Assembly: GCA_964016885.1 (NCBI GenBank)
Contig: OZ024740.1
Coordinates: 404,488,001 to 404,552,000, forward strand
DNA: 64,000 nucleotides
Direction: 5' to 3'
Origin: Eledone cirrhosa
Taxonomy: Eukaryota
Made by a program: the position numbers and the translations under genes. Shown in pieces: positions 52,401 through 63,830 of this stretch; position 1 is the first letter of the stretch, and every line of letters starts with the position of its first letter. Below the pieces are notes generated by a model. That model was not told the DNA's origin. It saw nothing but the letters and a program-made list of their open reading frames with translations, and did no database searches.

Positions 52401-55400
52401 CTTGCCTACTGTAGTTCGAAATAAAGTAAATTTGAAGGAACGAAGGCTTGCAATTTTGTAGTGGCTGGAGCGACCCAATAAGATGGTGCACCTGCCTCTG
52501 GACCTTGAAAGTAGGCATCCAACCACTTTCTCTGACAACGTTAGCCTCGAAAGAAGTCATCTGAAACGCACAATTGTATTTCCTGATGATCTGAAGGAAT
52601 TTGGATGACCTTGAGGTATAACCAGTCAGTAGTTCCTTCAAAGGCTCTGGCGGTTCTGGAAGAGGGGGCAAGGTGACCTTACCGTTTAAGCAGCACATTG
52701 CAGGTGGCTCCCCAGCCCACTTTGTAGCATTGCAGAATTGGCAATTGAAGCGCATCTCGCCTATATTTATGTCAGAGCGCATCGAGTAATTAACGTTTTG
52801 CTCATACTTGAAAGCCCGTAGGTGCCAGTAAGGGCTGTTAGGGCTCGTCACACCGCGTGCAGCTTCTCGCCGTCGACTGTTACGCTTGAACGTAGAAAAT
52901 TGGTCATGTGGTTGGTGGGAAGGTTGGCAGCAATAGCAGAAGCAACATTTGCAATGCTAATGGACCGCCCGTCTGCATCTTCAGAAGCCATGGAAGTAGT
53001 CATAGCCGCAGCGTTCGTAGGAAGGCGAGCCGTCCGTTGTTTTAAACGTTCCAAAGACCTGGAAGCAGCATTAGTCGCAGCGTTTCTAGCCAGGCGCTTC
53101 GACCTTTGTTCACGGCTCTCTGAAGCCTGGTATGAAGCCATTTTGGCTAGGCGTGCGGTGCGCTGTTGGAAACTTTCAGCGGCTCGACATTCTGCTGAAC
53201 GTAAGGCTGTCTGTGAAAGTCTTGAAACATTTTCCTCAGAGAACTCGTTTGCTATAGTAGCCTTTTGCGCCACTGCTGACGCGGTATGTCGACTGAGGCG
53301 ACTTCTCTTTTTAGGTGGCATTTTATGTCCAAAAGAAAGGGTGAAAGTTACTTCTACAGAAAAATTGACTTTGAAAGTCTACTGTCTGTTTATGAATATT
53401 GTTATTGTTGTTGTGATACAAATGTTAGTAAGTAAATGGGTATCGAAAAATAAAGGGTGAAAGTTACTTCAACATAAAAATTGACTTTGAAAGTATAAGG
53501 CTGATAATTGAATGTAAAAAGATTGATAAGAAAGGCCCCTCCAAAAAAATGTACAGGTATTTGTATGTATGTGTGTATTTTTATGTCGAAAAGAAAGGGT
53601 TAAAGTTATTTCTACAGAAAAATTTAGTTTGAAAGTGTAAGGCCGATGTGTATGTAAATTAAGTGACAGGTATTTGTATGTATGGCTGTATATGTATGTA
53701 TGTGGGTATATGTATGTATGTATGTATGTATTAAAGGTTGAAAGTTACTTCAACATAAAAATTGACTTTGAAAGTATAAGGCTGATAATTGAATGTAAAA
53801 AGATTGATAAGAAAGGCCCCCAAAAAAAATTTACAGGTATTTGTATGTATGTGTGTATTTTTATGTCGAAAATAAAGGGTTAAAGTTACTTATACAAAAA
53901 AATTTAGTTTGAAAGTGTAAGGCCGATGTGTGTGTAAATTAAGTGACAGGTATTTGTATGTATGTGTGTATATGTATGTATGTGTGTATATGTACTGTAT
54001 GTCTATGTATATTGTTATTGTATTGACACAAATGTTAGTAAGCAAATGTGTTTAGAAAAATATTTGCAAATGAAAAACTTACAGTTTAGTAAATGAAAGT
54101 CAGCTTCGAAATGGAGTTTGAACGCGCTAATACAAACACACACACATATATCCGTCTTTTAGTGTGTCTGTTTGTTTCTCTCTCCCTCTTTATCATTATA
54201 TGCTATTGTTATTTCTAAAACAAACTGTGTATGCGTTGATTGATTGAAATTCCCGCGTTCCTGTTTCTATGACGTCAATCGTAACCATACCAACATATAT
54301 GTGTGTGTATGCACCCACATATATGTGTGTATATGTTTTTTTTCAATGTTTCTCTTTTTCACAAACACTTATAAGAGAAGGTAGCAATTTTAAGGGGAGG
54401 TGATGAATGGGAGTAGATATAGGAAACGTATATCATATGAGAGAGGAGAAATCATCGATTTTTCCGTAATTGTGGCATTTTTTACCCAATAAGATCGCCC
54501 ATGACCCAAGTTAGAATATTTGTAAACATTCTGCTTAATTATTCATTCAATATTTTTGGAATTGTATAAAATTGAAACATACATACAGACACAAAAATCT
54601 GCCTTTTATAGATAATGATACCATGAGAAAATATTTTATATAGAAAATATTTTATATAGAAAATATTGAATGAAATAATTTTGTTTTATTTTTTATTTTA
54701 GAAATATATTATTTAGTTAATTAAAGAATTGTATTGAGTGAAAAGGTAATTCATTAAGGATTTGCCTCTGTCAGTCAAATAATGGCATTACATTCTACTT
54801 TCTTACATATCAACAGAGATAGAAATATATTGTTAGATTCATCATCATCATCATTTCATTTTACGTCCGCTTTTTCCCTGCTTGCAAGGGTGGGACGGGA
54901 ACTGATTCTGGCTTGATTTCTACAGCTGGATGCCTTTCCTAACACCAACCTCATTTACAGTGAGTGCTGGGTGCTTTTTTGCCGTGGCACCTCCACGACC
55001 ACTTTGCAGTGGAATGATAGGGACCCCAGTCCCTATCATCTCATTTCTACAGCTGAGTAAACTGGAGCAATGTGAAATAAAGTCTCTTGCTCAAGGAAAC
55101 AACACATCACCCGGTCTGAGAATTGAACTCACAACCTTTCGATTGCAAGGCCAATGCTCTAACCACTAAGCCATGTGCCTCCAGATTATATATATATATA
55201 AAATTGTAGGTGTATGGAAGGGTGGGTGGAAAGTTGTATATACTGGATGTATGCATCAATCCATGCACATGGGAAGGTGGGTCTTCTGTATATGTGTGTG
55301 TGTGTATATATATATATAGCAGTGGATTGGTAATACAGAAGACCCACCTTCCCGTGTGCATGGATTGAAGCATACATCCAGTATATACAACTTTCCACTC

Positions 55401-58400
55401 ACCCTTCCATACACCTACAATTTTCCACCACCCCCTTGCCCCAACCCATAGTCCACACTGTAAAGTGGTTGTTTTGGTGTCATAACTAAAAGCACCCAGC
55501 CCAAACTGTAAAGTGATCAATTTCGTGTCACGATAAAAAGCACACAGTCCACACTGCAAATGTGGTTTTGGCATTAGGAAAAGCATCTAGCTGTAGAAAC
55601 CAAGTCAGAAACGGTTCTGTATGAGCAAGACACGGTCACCTGATCTGACTTGCCTCAAATGGGACTCCTCTTACACATGCTAGCATGGAAAAATGTATGT
55701 TAAACAGTGATGATGATGATGATAGCAGTGAATTGGTAGAGTTTGTCAGATTAAATGTTTCATAGTTCAGGCTTTTTTCACTATGACTTCAAATCCTGTC
55801 GTGGTCAACTTTGCCTTCCAGGGCTAATAAATAAAGGACCAGTCCAAGGTAGTGGGTTGGCAGAATTGTTAGAGTGTCGGACATGCCTTGCAGTGTCTCT
55901 TTTATCTATTTGCATTCTGAGTTTGCCTGCAACATCATTGATGTTAAACTATATCAGCCCTTGCCTTTCCCTTAAACAACATTGGTGGTATAGAGCGAGA
56001 AGATTGCACCTTGTAGAAAAACTTCCCTGTTGCAAATCCATGGTCTCACAATACATACAGAGGCCACGTGTGGCATGTGTATATTATCATACTCCACTAT
56101 CCCAAGTATTGAGTACTCTGTTGAGTAATGATCTAACTAGTTATTAATTGGTTCTATCCTCACACACACACACACACATGTATATACATATATATCATCA
56201 TCATCATTTTACGTCCGCTTTTTCCGTAATTGTGGCATCTGCGAGCTACCAAGCACCCACGTGAAGCGCCAACCCAGAGACCCTCCCCTACGAGTGTCGA
56301 CAATTGCCCAAAACTCCGAGTTGGTACCATCAATGTAGGCTCAATGAAAGGAAGAGCAGGGGAAATCGTAGAAATGCTAGAGCGAAAGGAAGTTGATGTA
56401 TGCTGTGTGCAAGAGACTAGATGGAGAGGAGGGTCTGCTAGAGTCCTTGTAGGAAAAAGCCAGTGCTACAAATTTTTCTGGGTGGGAAATGACGATGGGA
56501 TGGGTGGTGTAGGTATACTATTAGCTGACAAGTGGGTAGATAAAGTAATCTCAGTGTACAGGGTAAATGCAAGAATCCTTAAACTCAGACTAGTCCTGAA
56601 TAAGACAATTACCACAATAATATCAGCTTACGCACCCCAATCGGGGCTGCCAGACGAACTTAAGGATAGGTTTTACGAGTCCCTAATACACACTACTGCT
56701 CTAACAGACGACAAGGACTTCCTAATCATTGCAGGAGATTTTAACGGACACGTAGGTAAACACTGCGACGGCTTCAATAGAGTACATGGAGGCCATGGAG
56801 TTGGCACAAGGAATGAGGAAGGATTCAGACTTCTAGAATTCTGCGACGCCAATGACATGTCGATATGTAACACAAACTTTAAAAAACCCGACAACCACCT
56901 GATCACCTATAGATCAGGGGAGCACTCTAGTCAGTTAGATTTTATCCTCATCAGAGGACGTGACAGATGGACGGTCGTAAACACAAAAGCCTTCCCTAGT
57001 GAGGAATGTACATCCCAACATAGCTTAGTTGTCAGCGACCTCACGGTCAGAACTAGACGAGCCCTGAAACAGAGGCCAACCTGGAGAAGAAAGATCTGGA
57101 AGCTGAAAGTCCTCTCAACCAGTAACAGATTTAAAGATATTTTACTCAACGCCTACGACAGTAAAGAAGAACAGATAGAGACATTTAACGTAGAAGAGAA
57201 CTGGGAGTTCCTAAAAAATAACTTACTAGAGGCGACGGATGAGGTTTGTGGCTGGAGTAAGACCTCAAGCAGGAGGAGAGTGACTTGGTGGTGGAACAAT
57301 AAGGTAGATGAAGCAGTCAAGGCCAAGAGACAGGCATGGAAAGAATGGAAGAACGGGGGGGGGGAGCAGGGTACATTACATAGAGACCAAGAGGGAAGCT
57401 AGGCGACAAGTATACTTAGCTAGGAGGGAAGCAGAGGATAGAAAATTCAAGCATGTCTTACAACGTGAGGACCAGAAACAGGAGGTATTCAAGATTGCGA
57501 GGCAGTGTGTCAGAGATAGTTGTGATGTCATTGGAGAGAAGTGTATCCGGAATGATAAAGGTGAGCTTGCCCTCACAAGTGCTGAGAAGAAAGATGCATG
57601 GAAGAGTCATTATGATAGATTACTAAATGAGGAGAATGCATGGGAAGAAGAGACCCTACCCCACGTAGACCCTATAGAGGGACCAGCAGTACAAGTCAGC
57701 GGCAGCGTAGTAAGTAAGGCAATCAGAGATATGAAGATGGGGAAGGCAACCGGTCCATCGGGTATAGCTGCCGAGATGCTGAAGGCATCTGGGTCTGTAG
57801 GTCACACTATAACCACACGTATCGTTAACCAGGTAATACTAGAAGGGGCCATACCAAAAGATTGGTGCAGTAGCATCATTGTCAACTGCTACAAAGGTAA
57901 AGGCGATGCACTAGATAGAGGAAACTATAGAGGTATAAAGTTGATGGACCAGGTCATGAAAGTAACAGAAAGAGTTATAGCACAGCTGATTAGGGACCGG
58001 GTGAATATAGACGAGATGCAATTTGGGTTTGTACCAGGGAGAGGCACCACTGATGCCCTCTTCCTTGTGAGGCAATTACAGGAAAAGTACCTAGCTAAAA
58101 GTAAGCCACTCTACTTGGCATTTGTCGACCTTGAGAAAGCCTTTGACAGAGTTTCACGTGCTGTAATCTGGTGGGCTCTTAGAAAACTAGGAGTAGATGA
58201 ATGGCTTGTGAAAGCGGTACAAGCCATGTATAGGGGAGCAGTCAGCAAAGTTAGGATTAGCAATGAGTATAGCGAGGAATTTAGCGTACAGGTTGGGGTC
58301 CACCAGGGCTCTGTTCTTAGCCCTCTCCTGTTCATCATAGTCCTGCAGGCAATAACGGAGGAGTTTAAGACCGGATGCCCATGGGAACTCCTGTATGCTG

Positions 58401-61400
58401 ATGACCTCGCACTCATAGCTGAATCTATGGTAGAACTAGAGAATAAATTCCAAACCTGGAAGCAGGGACTAGAGAGAAAGGGCCTCAAAGTCAACATGAC
58501 AAAGACTAAGGTCCTTGTAAGTAGACGAGAAAACAGAACCCAGATCCCCTCAGGGAAATGGCCTTGCTCAGTATGTAGGAAAGGTGTAGGTAGGAACTGC
58601 ATTCTCTGCCCCAAATGCAAACAATGGGTACACAAGAGATGTAGCGGGATCTCAGGAAGCTTAATTAAGAATGTAGGATTCACATGCAGCAGCTGTGCTG
58701 AAACAGCAAGCAAACAGCCACAGGAAACAAGTACCACCAATCTCTGGGAGGGCCCTGTAGAAACAGTAGACAGCTTCTGCTACCTAGGTGACCGAATTAG
58801 CAACGGAGGTGGGTGCTCAGAAAGTACAATAACTAGGGTAAGAACGGGATGGAAGAAGTTTAGGGAACTACTACCACTGCTAGCTGCAAAAGGCTTCTCC
58901 CTCAGAATGAAAGGCAGACTGTATGATGCGTGTATCCGAACAGCGATGTTGCATGGTAGTGAGACCTGGGCGCTGAAGGTGGAAGACTTACGTAGATTAG
59001 AGAAAAACGAAGCCTGCATGCTCCGATGGATGTGTAACAGTAATATACGTGAACGATAAAGGAATTGAGAGAGAGACTGAGCATAAGAGGAATCAAATGC
59101 TGCGTGCAGGAGAGGCGATTACGCTGGTATGGACATGTGATGTGTATGAAGGATGACAGCTGCATAAAAAGGTGCAGAGCACTAGAAGTTGATGGAAACC
59201 GCGGAGTGGGGAGACCCAAGATGACTTGGGATGAGGTGATAAAAGCCGACCTTACCCAACTACACCTCTCAAAGACAATGACACACGACCGTGACTTCTG
59301 GCGTCACGCAGTAATACAGGGTACCCGACCTCCCATGGGTACATGCTGAAGCATATAAACAATATGCCCCCACTCCCCCCCACCGCAAGGTGGTCGTGGA
59401 GGTGCCACGGCAAAAAAGCACCCAGCCCACACTGTAAAGTGGACGTGTAGGCGCCACGAAAAAGCACCCAGCACTCACTGTAAATGAGGTTGGTGTTAGG
59501 AAGGGCATCCAGCTGTAGAAATCAAGCCAGATCAGTTCCTGTATGAGCAAGGCATGGTCAGCCGACCAGACACTGCCCACAAAAGGACAACCCGTCTAAC
59601 CCATGCTAGCGTGGACGAACGGACGTAAAACGGTGATGATGATGATGATGATTTTCCCTGCTTGCAAGGGTGGATGGGTTCTATTCAGCACAGCATCTCT
59701 CCACTGTGAGCTTCAGCGATCTGAAATCTGCTCTCACCACCTCCGCTCATGTTTTTCGTGGTCTTCCTCTACTCCGTCTTCCTTCAACTGGTATTTCTTG
59801 GCACTTCTTTGCCCAGCGGTCATCCTCCATGCGCATCACATGTCCATACCATCGCAGTCTTCTCTCCCTCTTAAACACAGTTTCTCTCTCAACACATCCA
59901 TGCTCGGTCGTTCACGCACATTGGCATTGCACATCCAACGGGGCATGCTTGCCTCATTTCTCTCCAGCCGTCGCATATCCTCTACAGTTGCTGCCCATGT
60001 CTCACTACCATGCAGCATTGCGCTCCTCACACAGGCATCATATAACCGGCCTTTTGTACGCAAAGGAAGCAGCTCCCTAAACTTCTTTCAACCCGTCCTT
60101 ATTCTAGATACTATGGCCTCGGAACACCTCCCTCCCATGCTAATCTGATCCCCTAGGTACCGGAAGTTATCAACCACTTCTATAGCACCCACCTGCATTT
60201 GAAAAATGTGTCTATCAATGCGACTTCTACTGTCTAATTCCCTGTACATCTACTGCATATGTATTTCTCCCTACCTGTTAGTTTGCCTGTTATCCCACTA
60301 CATCTCTTGTGTGCCCGAGATCTGCATTGTGTACATTTTATAGAATTTATGCCAGTTCCTTTTCTGCATATCGAACATGGCCATTTCCCTGACGTTTTGT
60401 CCTCTTTTCTACTCATCAACACTTTTTTCTTAGCTAGGTTCACTCTGTCTTCTTGATTCCAACTGCTGTTTCTATAGCCAGAATTTATTCTCTAGCTCCT
60501 CTACTGATTCTGCTATAAGAACCAGATCGTCAGCATAGAGGAGTTCCCATGGACAGCCTGTCTTAAACTCCTCTGTTATGGCTTGGAGGACTATAATGAA
60601 CAAGAGCGGGCTGAGGACCAACCCTGATGTACCCCTACTTGTATCTGGAATTCCTCACTAAACTCCATTCCTACCCTCACTTTACTGACAGCACCTCTGT
60701 ACAAAGATTGCACTGTCCTCACAAGCCATTCCTCAATACCTAGTTTCCTTAGGGACCACCAGATGACAGATCGGGATACCCTATCAAAAGCCTTCTCTAG
60801 GTCAACAAAAGCTAAGTATAGTGACTTATTCTTCTCTAAGAACCTCTCTTGTAATTGTCTCACCAAGAAGAGGGCATCTGTTGTACTTTTCCCAGGCACA
60901 AAACCAAACTGCATCTCATCTAGTTTGACCCTTTCTCTAATTAGTTTTGCTAATATCCTTTCTGCGACTTTCATAACCTTATCTATCAGTTTTATACCCC
61001 TACAATTGCTCCTCTCCAGAGCATCCCCTTTACCTTTGTAGCAATTTATGAGAATACTGCTGCACCAGTCTTTGGGTATGATACCACCATATATAGCCTG
61101 ATTGATGATGCGTGCAACCAGTTTAGTGCCTACATCCCCTGATGCCTTCAGCATCTCAGCAACTATCCCCAACGGTACAGCGGCCTTACCATTTTTCATT
61201 TCCTTAATCGCCTCTTGGACCCTATATTCGTCAATCTCAATAGCTGGTCCCTCTGTCGGATCTACTGAGGGTAATTTCTCTCTCCCATTCATTCTCCACA
61301 TTCATCAGTCTCTCATAATGACATTTCCAGGCCTCCTTTTTCTGATCATTCGTGACACTAAGTACACCGGCATAATTCTGGACACATTTATCTCCAACAA

Positions 61401-62633
61401 CATCCTGATTTGCATTGACACACTGCCTTGCAATGTGGAATTCCGCACATCTCTGATCTTCCCGTCGCAGAACATTGGCAAATCTCCTACTCTCAGCCTC
61501 CCTGCATGCTAAATACACCTGATATCTAGCTTCTCTCTTAGCAGCTGTGTATCCTTCCCTACTCCCACCCTTTTCCCAAGCCTTCCATGCTAGCCTTTTG
61601 TCTCTAATGGCCCTATCTACCGTGCTGTTCCACCACCAGGTCACTCTCTGTCTGGTTGGAGCTCTGCTCCAGCCACAAGTTTCATCAGTAGCCTGCAGTA
61701 AGTTGTCACGTAAGAAATTCTAGTTATCATCTATGTCATATGTCTCTAAATCGTCTTCTTTTTCGTCATACACATCTTGAAGGACTTTCCTATCATCATC
61801 ATCATCATCATCGTTTAACGTCCATCTTCCACGCTAGCATGGGTTTGGACGGGAATTTTCCCACTTGAGGCAAGATTGGTTGTCTTGCTCGTATAGGACT
61901 GTCTGGAGGGTTTTCTACGGCTGGATGCCCTTCCTAACACCAACCCGTTTACAGTGTGGGCTGGGAGGTTTTTACCGTGTTACCTACACGGTCACATTAC
62001 AGCATGGACTGTGTGTTTTTTTTGTTGTGACACCTACACGACCTCATTTATTTCAGACTGAATGTTGTGGTACCAACATAACTTTACATTGAAAGGGGTA
62101 GTGGGACGGGGGTGTATTTTTGTTAGAGGTGCCTACTGACTATAGGTTTCGCTTTGTACTTAGGCAAGGCGAGTCTTCTGTGTTACTGTGTAGCGCCAAA
62201 GATCTCGGTCCAGTGACATTGTCTAGGAGAGGTGTAAGTATCCTAAATTTGTATTTTAGTTAAAGGTCTTTTAGCTTCCAGACCTTTCTTCTCCACACCT
62301 TGTATGTCTCATTCCATCTCTTGCTTACTGAGATATCACTAACGACTAACCTATGCTGTGGGGTACATTCTTCCCAGGGTATGCCTGTCCCGTTGCCTAA
62401 TTAGTAAGAAGTCAATCTGGCTTATATATATATATAACCCATGCTAGCGTGGAAAGTGGACGTTAAACGAGGATGATGATGATACACACACAATCATTAT
62501 CATAATCAATATCTTTTCTATGGACAGATATACCGGGAAATGCAGCGCCTATCTGATGGACTAGGATTGCGAATCCATTACATAAAAAAAGCTAGTCTGA
62601 AGAAAATTGGACCAAAGACATTCAACAAAAAAG
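43358..62633 (+). CDS. DDX52: DEAD-box RNA helicase DDX52/ROK1, 5' part; join(43358..43444,44213..44318,46919..47031,48814..48996,50262..50405,62528..62633); continues beyond the window
   Basis: N-terminus [21 protein letters not shown] is typical of DDX52. Q motif ([10 protein letters not shown]), motif I (APTGSGKT), motif Ia (APTREL), then [17 protein letters not shown]. All junctions are GT-AG and in phase. Confidence 0.94.
44213..44318 (+). CDS. DDX52: DDX52 exon 2
   Basis: ctttttcag acceptor, K-rich open frame, G|gtaac donor. Confidence 0.8.
44895..45928 (+). mobile_element. 5'-truncated RTE family A copy in DDX52 intron 2
   Basis: Starts inside the PHD (WVHKRC); same C-terminus, 3' UTR and (GAT)n tail. 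Confidence 0.92.
46919..47031 (+). CDS. DDX52: DDX52 exon 3
   Basis: Long T tract and tag acceptor; ELDDDEDD...KIKDSL; gtatgt donor. Confidence 0.82.
47078..47285. mobile_element. piggyBac-type MITE, opposite orientation
   Basis: ttaa|ccctttagc...gctaaaggg|ttaa; partial copies at about 9162-9350 and 44483-44670. Confidence 0.82.
48575..48760 (+). mobile_element. Meta-like SINE just upstream of DDX52 exon 4
   Basis: Full copy with B box and ATT-like tail. Confidence 0.78.
48814..48996 (+). CDS. DDX52: DDX52 exon 4 (Q motif)
   Basis: [20 protein letters not shown]...[14 protein letters not shown]; gtaagt donor. Confidence 0.92.
49250..49720 (+). mobile_element. Short non-autonomous Helitron-like element (H3)
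   Basis: A|TCttaactataataaag start; terminal hairpin ctagcagaaaaccacccgtagggtggtttttctgCTAG|T. Confidence 0.65.
50262..50405 (+). CDS. DDX52: DDX52 exon 5 (motifs I and Ia)
   Basis: [18 protein letters not shown]...[10 protein letters not shown]. Confidence 0.95.
51219..54612 (-). mobile_element. Internally deleted Helitron carrying RepHel N- and C-terminal coding remnants
   Basis: ORF 51970..52851: CQFC...[26 protein letters not shown], fused to [13 protein letters not shown]...NIVYKEVL. The 3' end has a hairpin remnant and CTAG|T at 51219; the 5' A|TC is near 54612. Confidence 0.88.
53454..54000. repeat. About 281-bp tandem duplication in the Helitron 5' region
   Basis: gaaagttacttcaacataaaaattgactttg at about 53459 and 53740; partial copy at about 53340. 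Confidence 0.8.
54840..55182 (-). mobile_element. CORE-type SINE, same family
   Basis: Nearly identical to the reverse complement of 15262-15585. Confidence 0.82.
55200..55424. repeat. 92-bp inverted repeat, about 3 mismatches, 41-nt spacer
   Basis: 55200-55291 is the reverse complement of 55333-55424. Confidence 0.9.
55333..55721 (+). mobile_element. 5'-truncated 3' end of an older family-A-like RTE with a 17-bp TSD
   Basis: atagcagtgRattggta at 55316-55332 and 55722-55738; GGCATC.AGCTGTAGAAA module; (GAT)n tail. Confidence 0.7.
56237..59651 (+). mobile_element. RTE family A copy with the whole coding region but no 5' UTR, in DDX52 intron 5
   Basis: ORFs of 390, 583 and 94 aa, broken by a G10 run at 57355-57364 and a 7-bp deletion near 59056. 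Confidence 0.93.
59652..62420 (-). mobile_element. Older diverged RTE-PHD LINE (family B); its extreme 3' tail lies at about 56195-56225, split off by the family A insertion
   Basis: Fragmented ORFs TWWWN..., [25 protein letters not shown]...HKRC...[12 protein letters not shown]; many stops and frameshifts. Confidence 0.88.
61793..62238 (-). mobile_element. 3' fragment of another RTE subfamily nested in family B
   Basis: Reverse strand reads [22 protein letters not shown], followed by a family-A-like 3' UTR and (GAT)n. Confidence 0.65.
62528..62633 (+). CDS. DDX52: DDX52 exon 6
   Basis: [35 protein letters not shown]; cag acceptor, G|gtatgt donor. Confidence 0.88.
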
Positions 62634-62801
62634 GTATGTTTTTTGTTGATTTTTCATAGTTGATGTATTAAATAATCTATAATGTACATCTGGAAGACAT
62701 ATACAGCTAGTCAATTGACTACCAGTCAACCAATTACGATATTCAGTAGTTATATCTCTTCTTCTTGTCGTATGACATATGTACAATGGTTATGTACATA
62801 T

Positions 62802-63200
62802 GAGTGCTGGGTGCTTTTTTGCAGTGGAATGATAGGGACCGCAGTCCCTATCATCTCATTTCTACAGCTGAGTAAACTGGAGCAATGTAAAATAAAGTGT
62901 CTTGCTCAAGGAAACAACACAGACCGGGTGATGTGTTGTTTCCTTGAGCAAGACACTTTATTTCACATTGCTCCAGTTTACTCAGCTGTAGAAATGAGAT
63001 GATAGGGACTGGGGTCCATATCATTCCACTGCAAAGTGGTCGTGGTGGTGCCACGGCAAAAAAGCACCCAACACTCACTGTAAATGAGGTTGGTGCTAGG
63101 AAGGGCATCCAGCTGTAGAAATCAAGCCAAAATCAGTTCCCGTCCCACCCTTGCAAGCAGGGAAAAAGCGGACGTAAAATGAAATGAATGAATGAATGAT
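62802..63200 (+). mobile_element. 5'-truncated CORE-type SINE with a fold-back inverted duplication
   Basis: 104-bp arms at 62818-62921 and 62932-63035. Confidence 0.8.
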
Positions 63201-63204
63201 GTTA

Positions 63205-63830
63205 GAGATACATCGAGATTGGTGAGCCAGACTAAGACATCATCTGTAGTATTGTGGATTGCCTCCAGGCTGCCGGGAATACGTCTGAGGGGGCAATCCT
63301 GAACATCATGCAGCACTTTGGTCAGGATCCCCACAGTCACATGCTGAGCTGTCTTTCATTTTCCATTGATGGAGATGATGGGCTGTCCTGGTATGGGTTG
63401 TGTGGATCCGATTAAAGGACATCCATTGATTCCCAGAATGGTTTGTGTGATTTCAAGTGCATGTTGGAAAGGTTTTCCAGGCCTTCATGGATGGGAACGT
63501 TGGACTTGGTAAGAAGTGCTGCTTCACAGATCAGTGTTGCCGCATATAAGAAGGAACTATATGAGAAAGGGTAGGCAGCCACTGAATAAATGTAGATTTC
63601 AGTGTGCCAGATACTATTCTCATTGTTAAGTTGAGGATGCTGTCTTGCCTGCTTTGGTGGACGAAAGGTCAGTTTCTGTCTCACTTATGGTGTAAGATCT
63701 AGTAAGTGGGGTACTCTTTGGTGAAGATAAGTAGGCTGCTGGGACATTTCACAGACTTCTTGGTGTGCCTCCTTGGTTAGAGGTACCTAGGAGTTAAGAA
63801 GTAAGTGTGTATCATATGTCACTGCCCACC
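63205..63830 (-). mobile_element. Degraded I-group (Ingi/Vingi-like) LINE C-terminus
   Basis: Reverse strand reads LKSHKPFW, LNRIHT..HLHQWKMKDSSACDCGDPDQ...DCPLRRIPGSL...WLTNLD across frameshifts. Confidence 0.55.
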
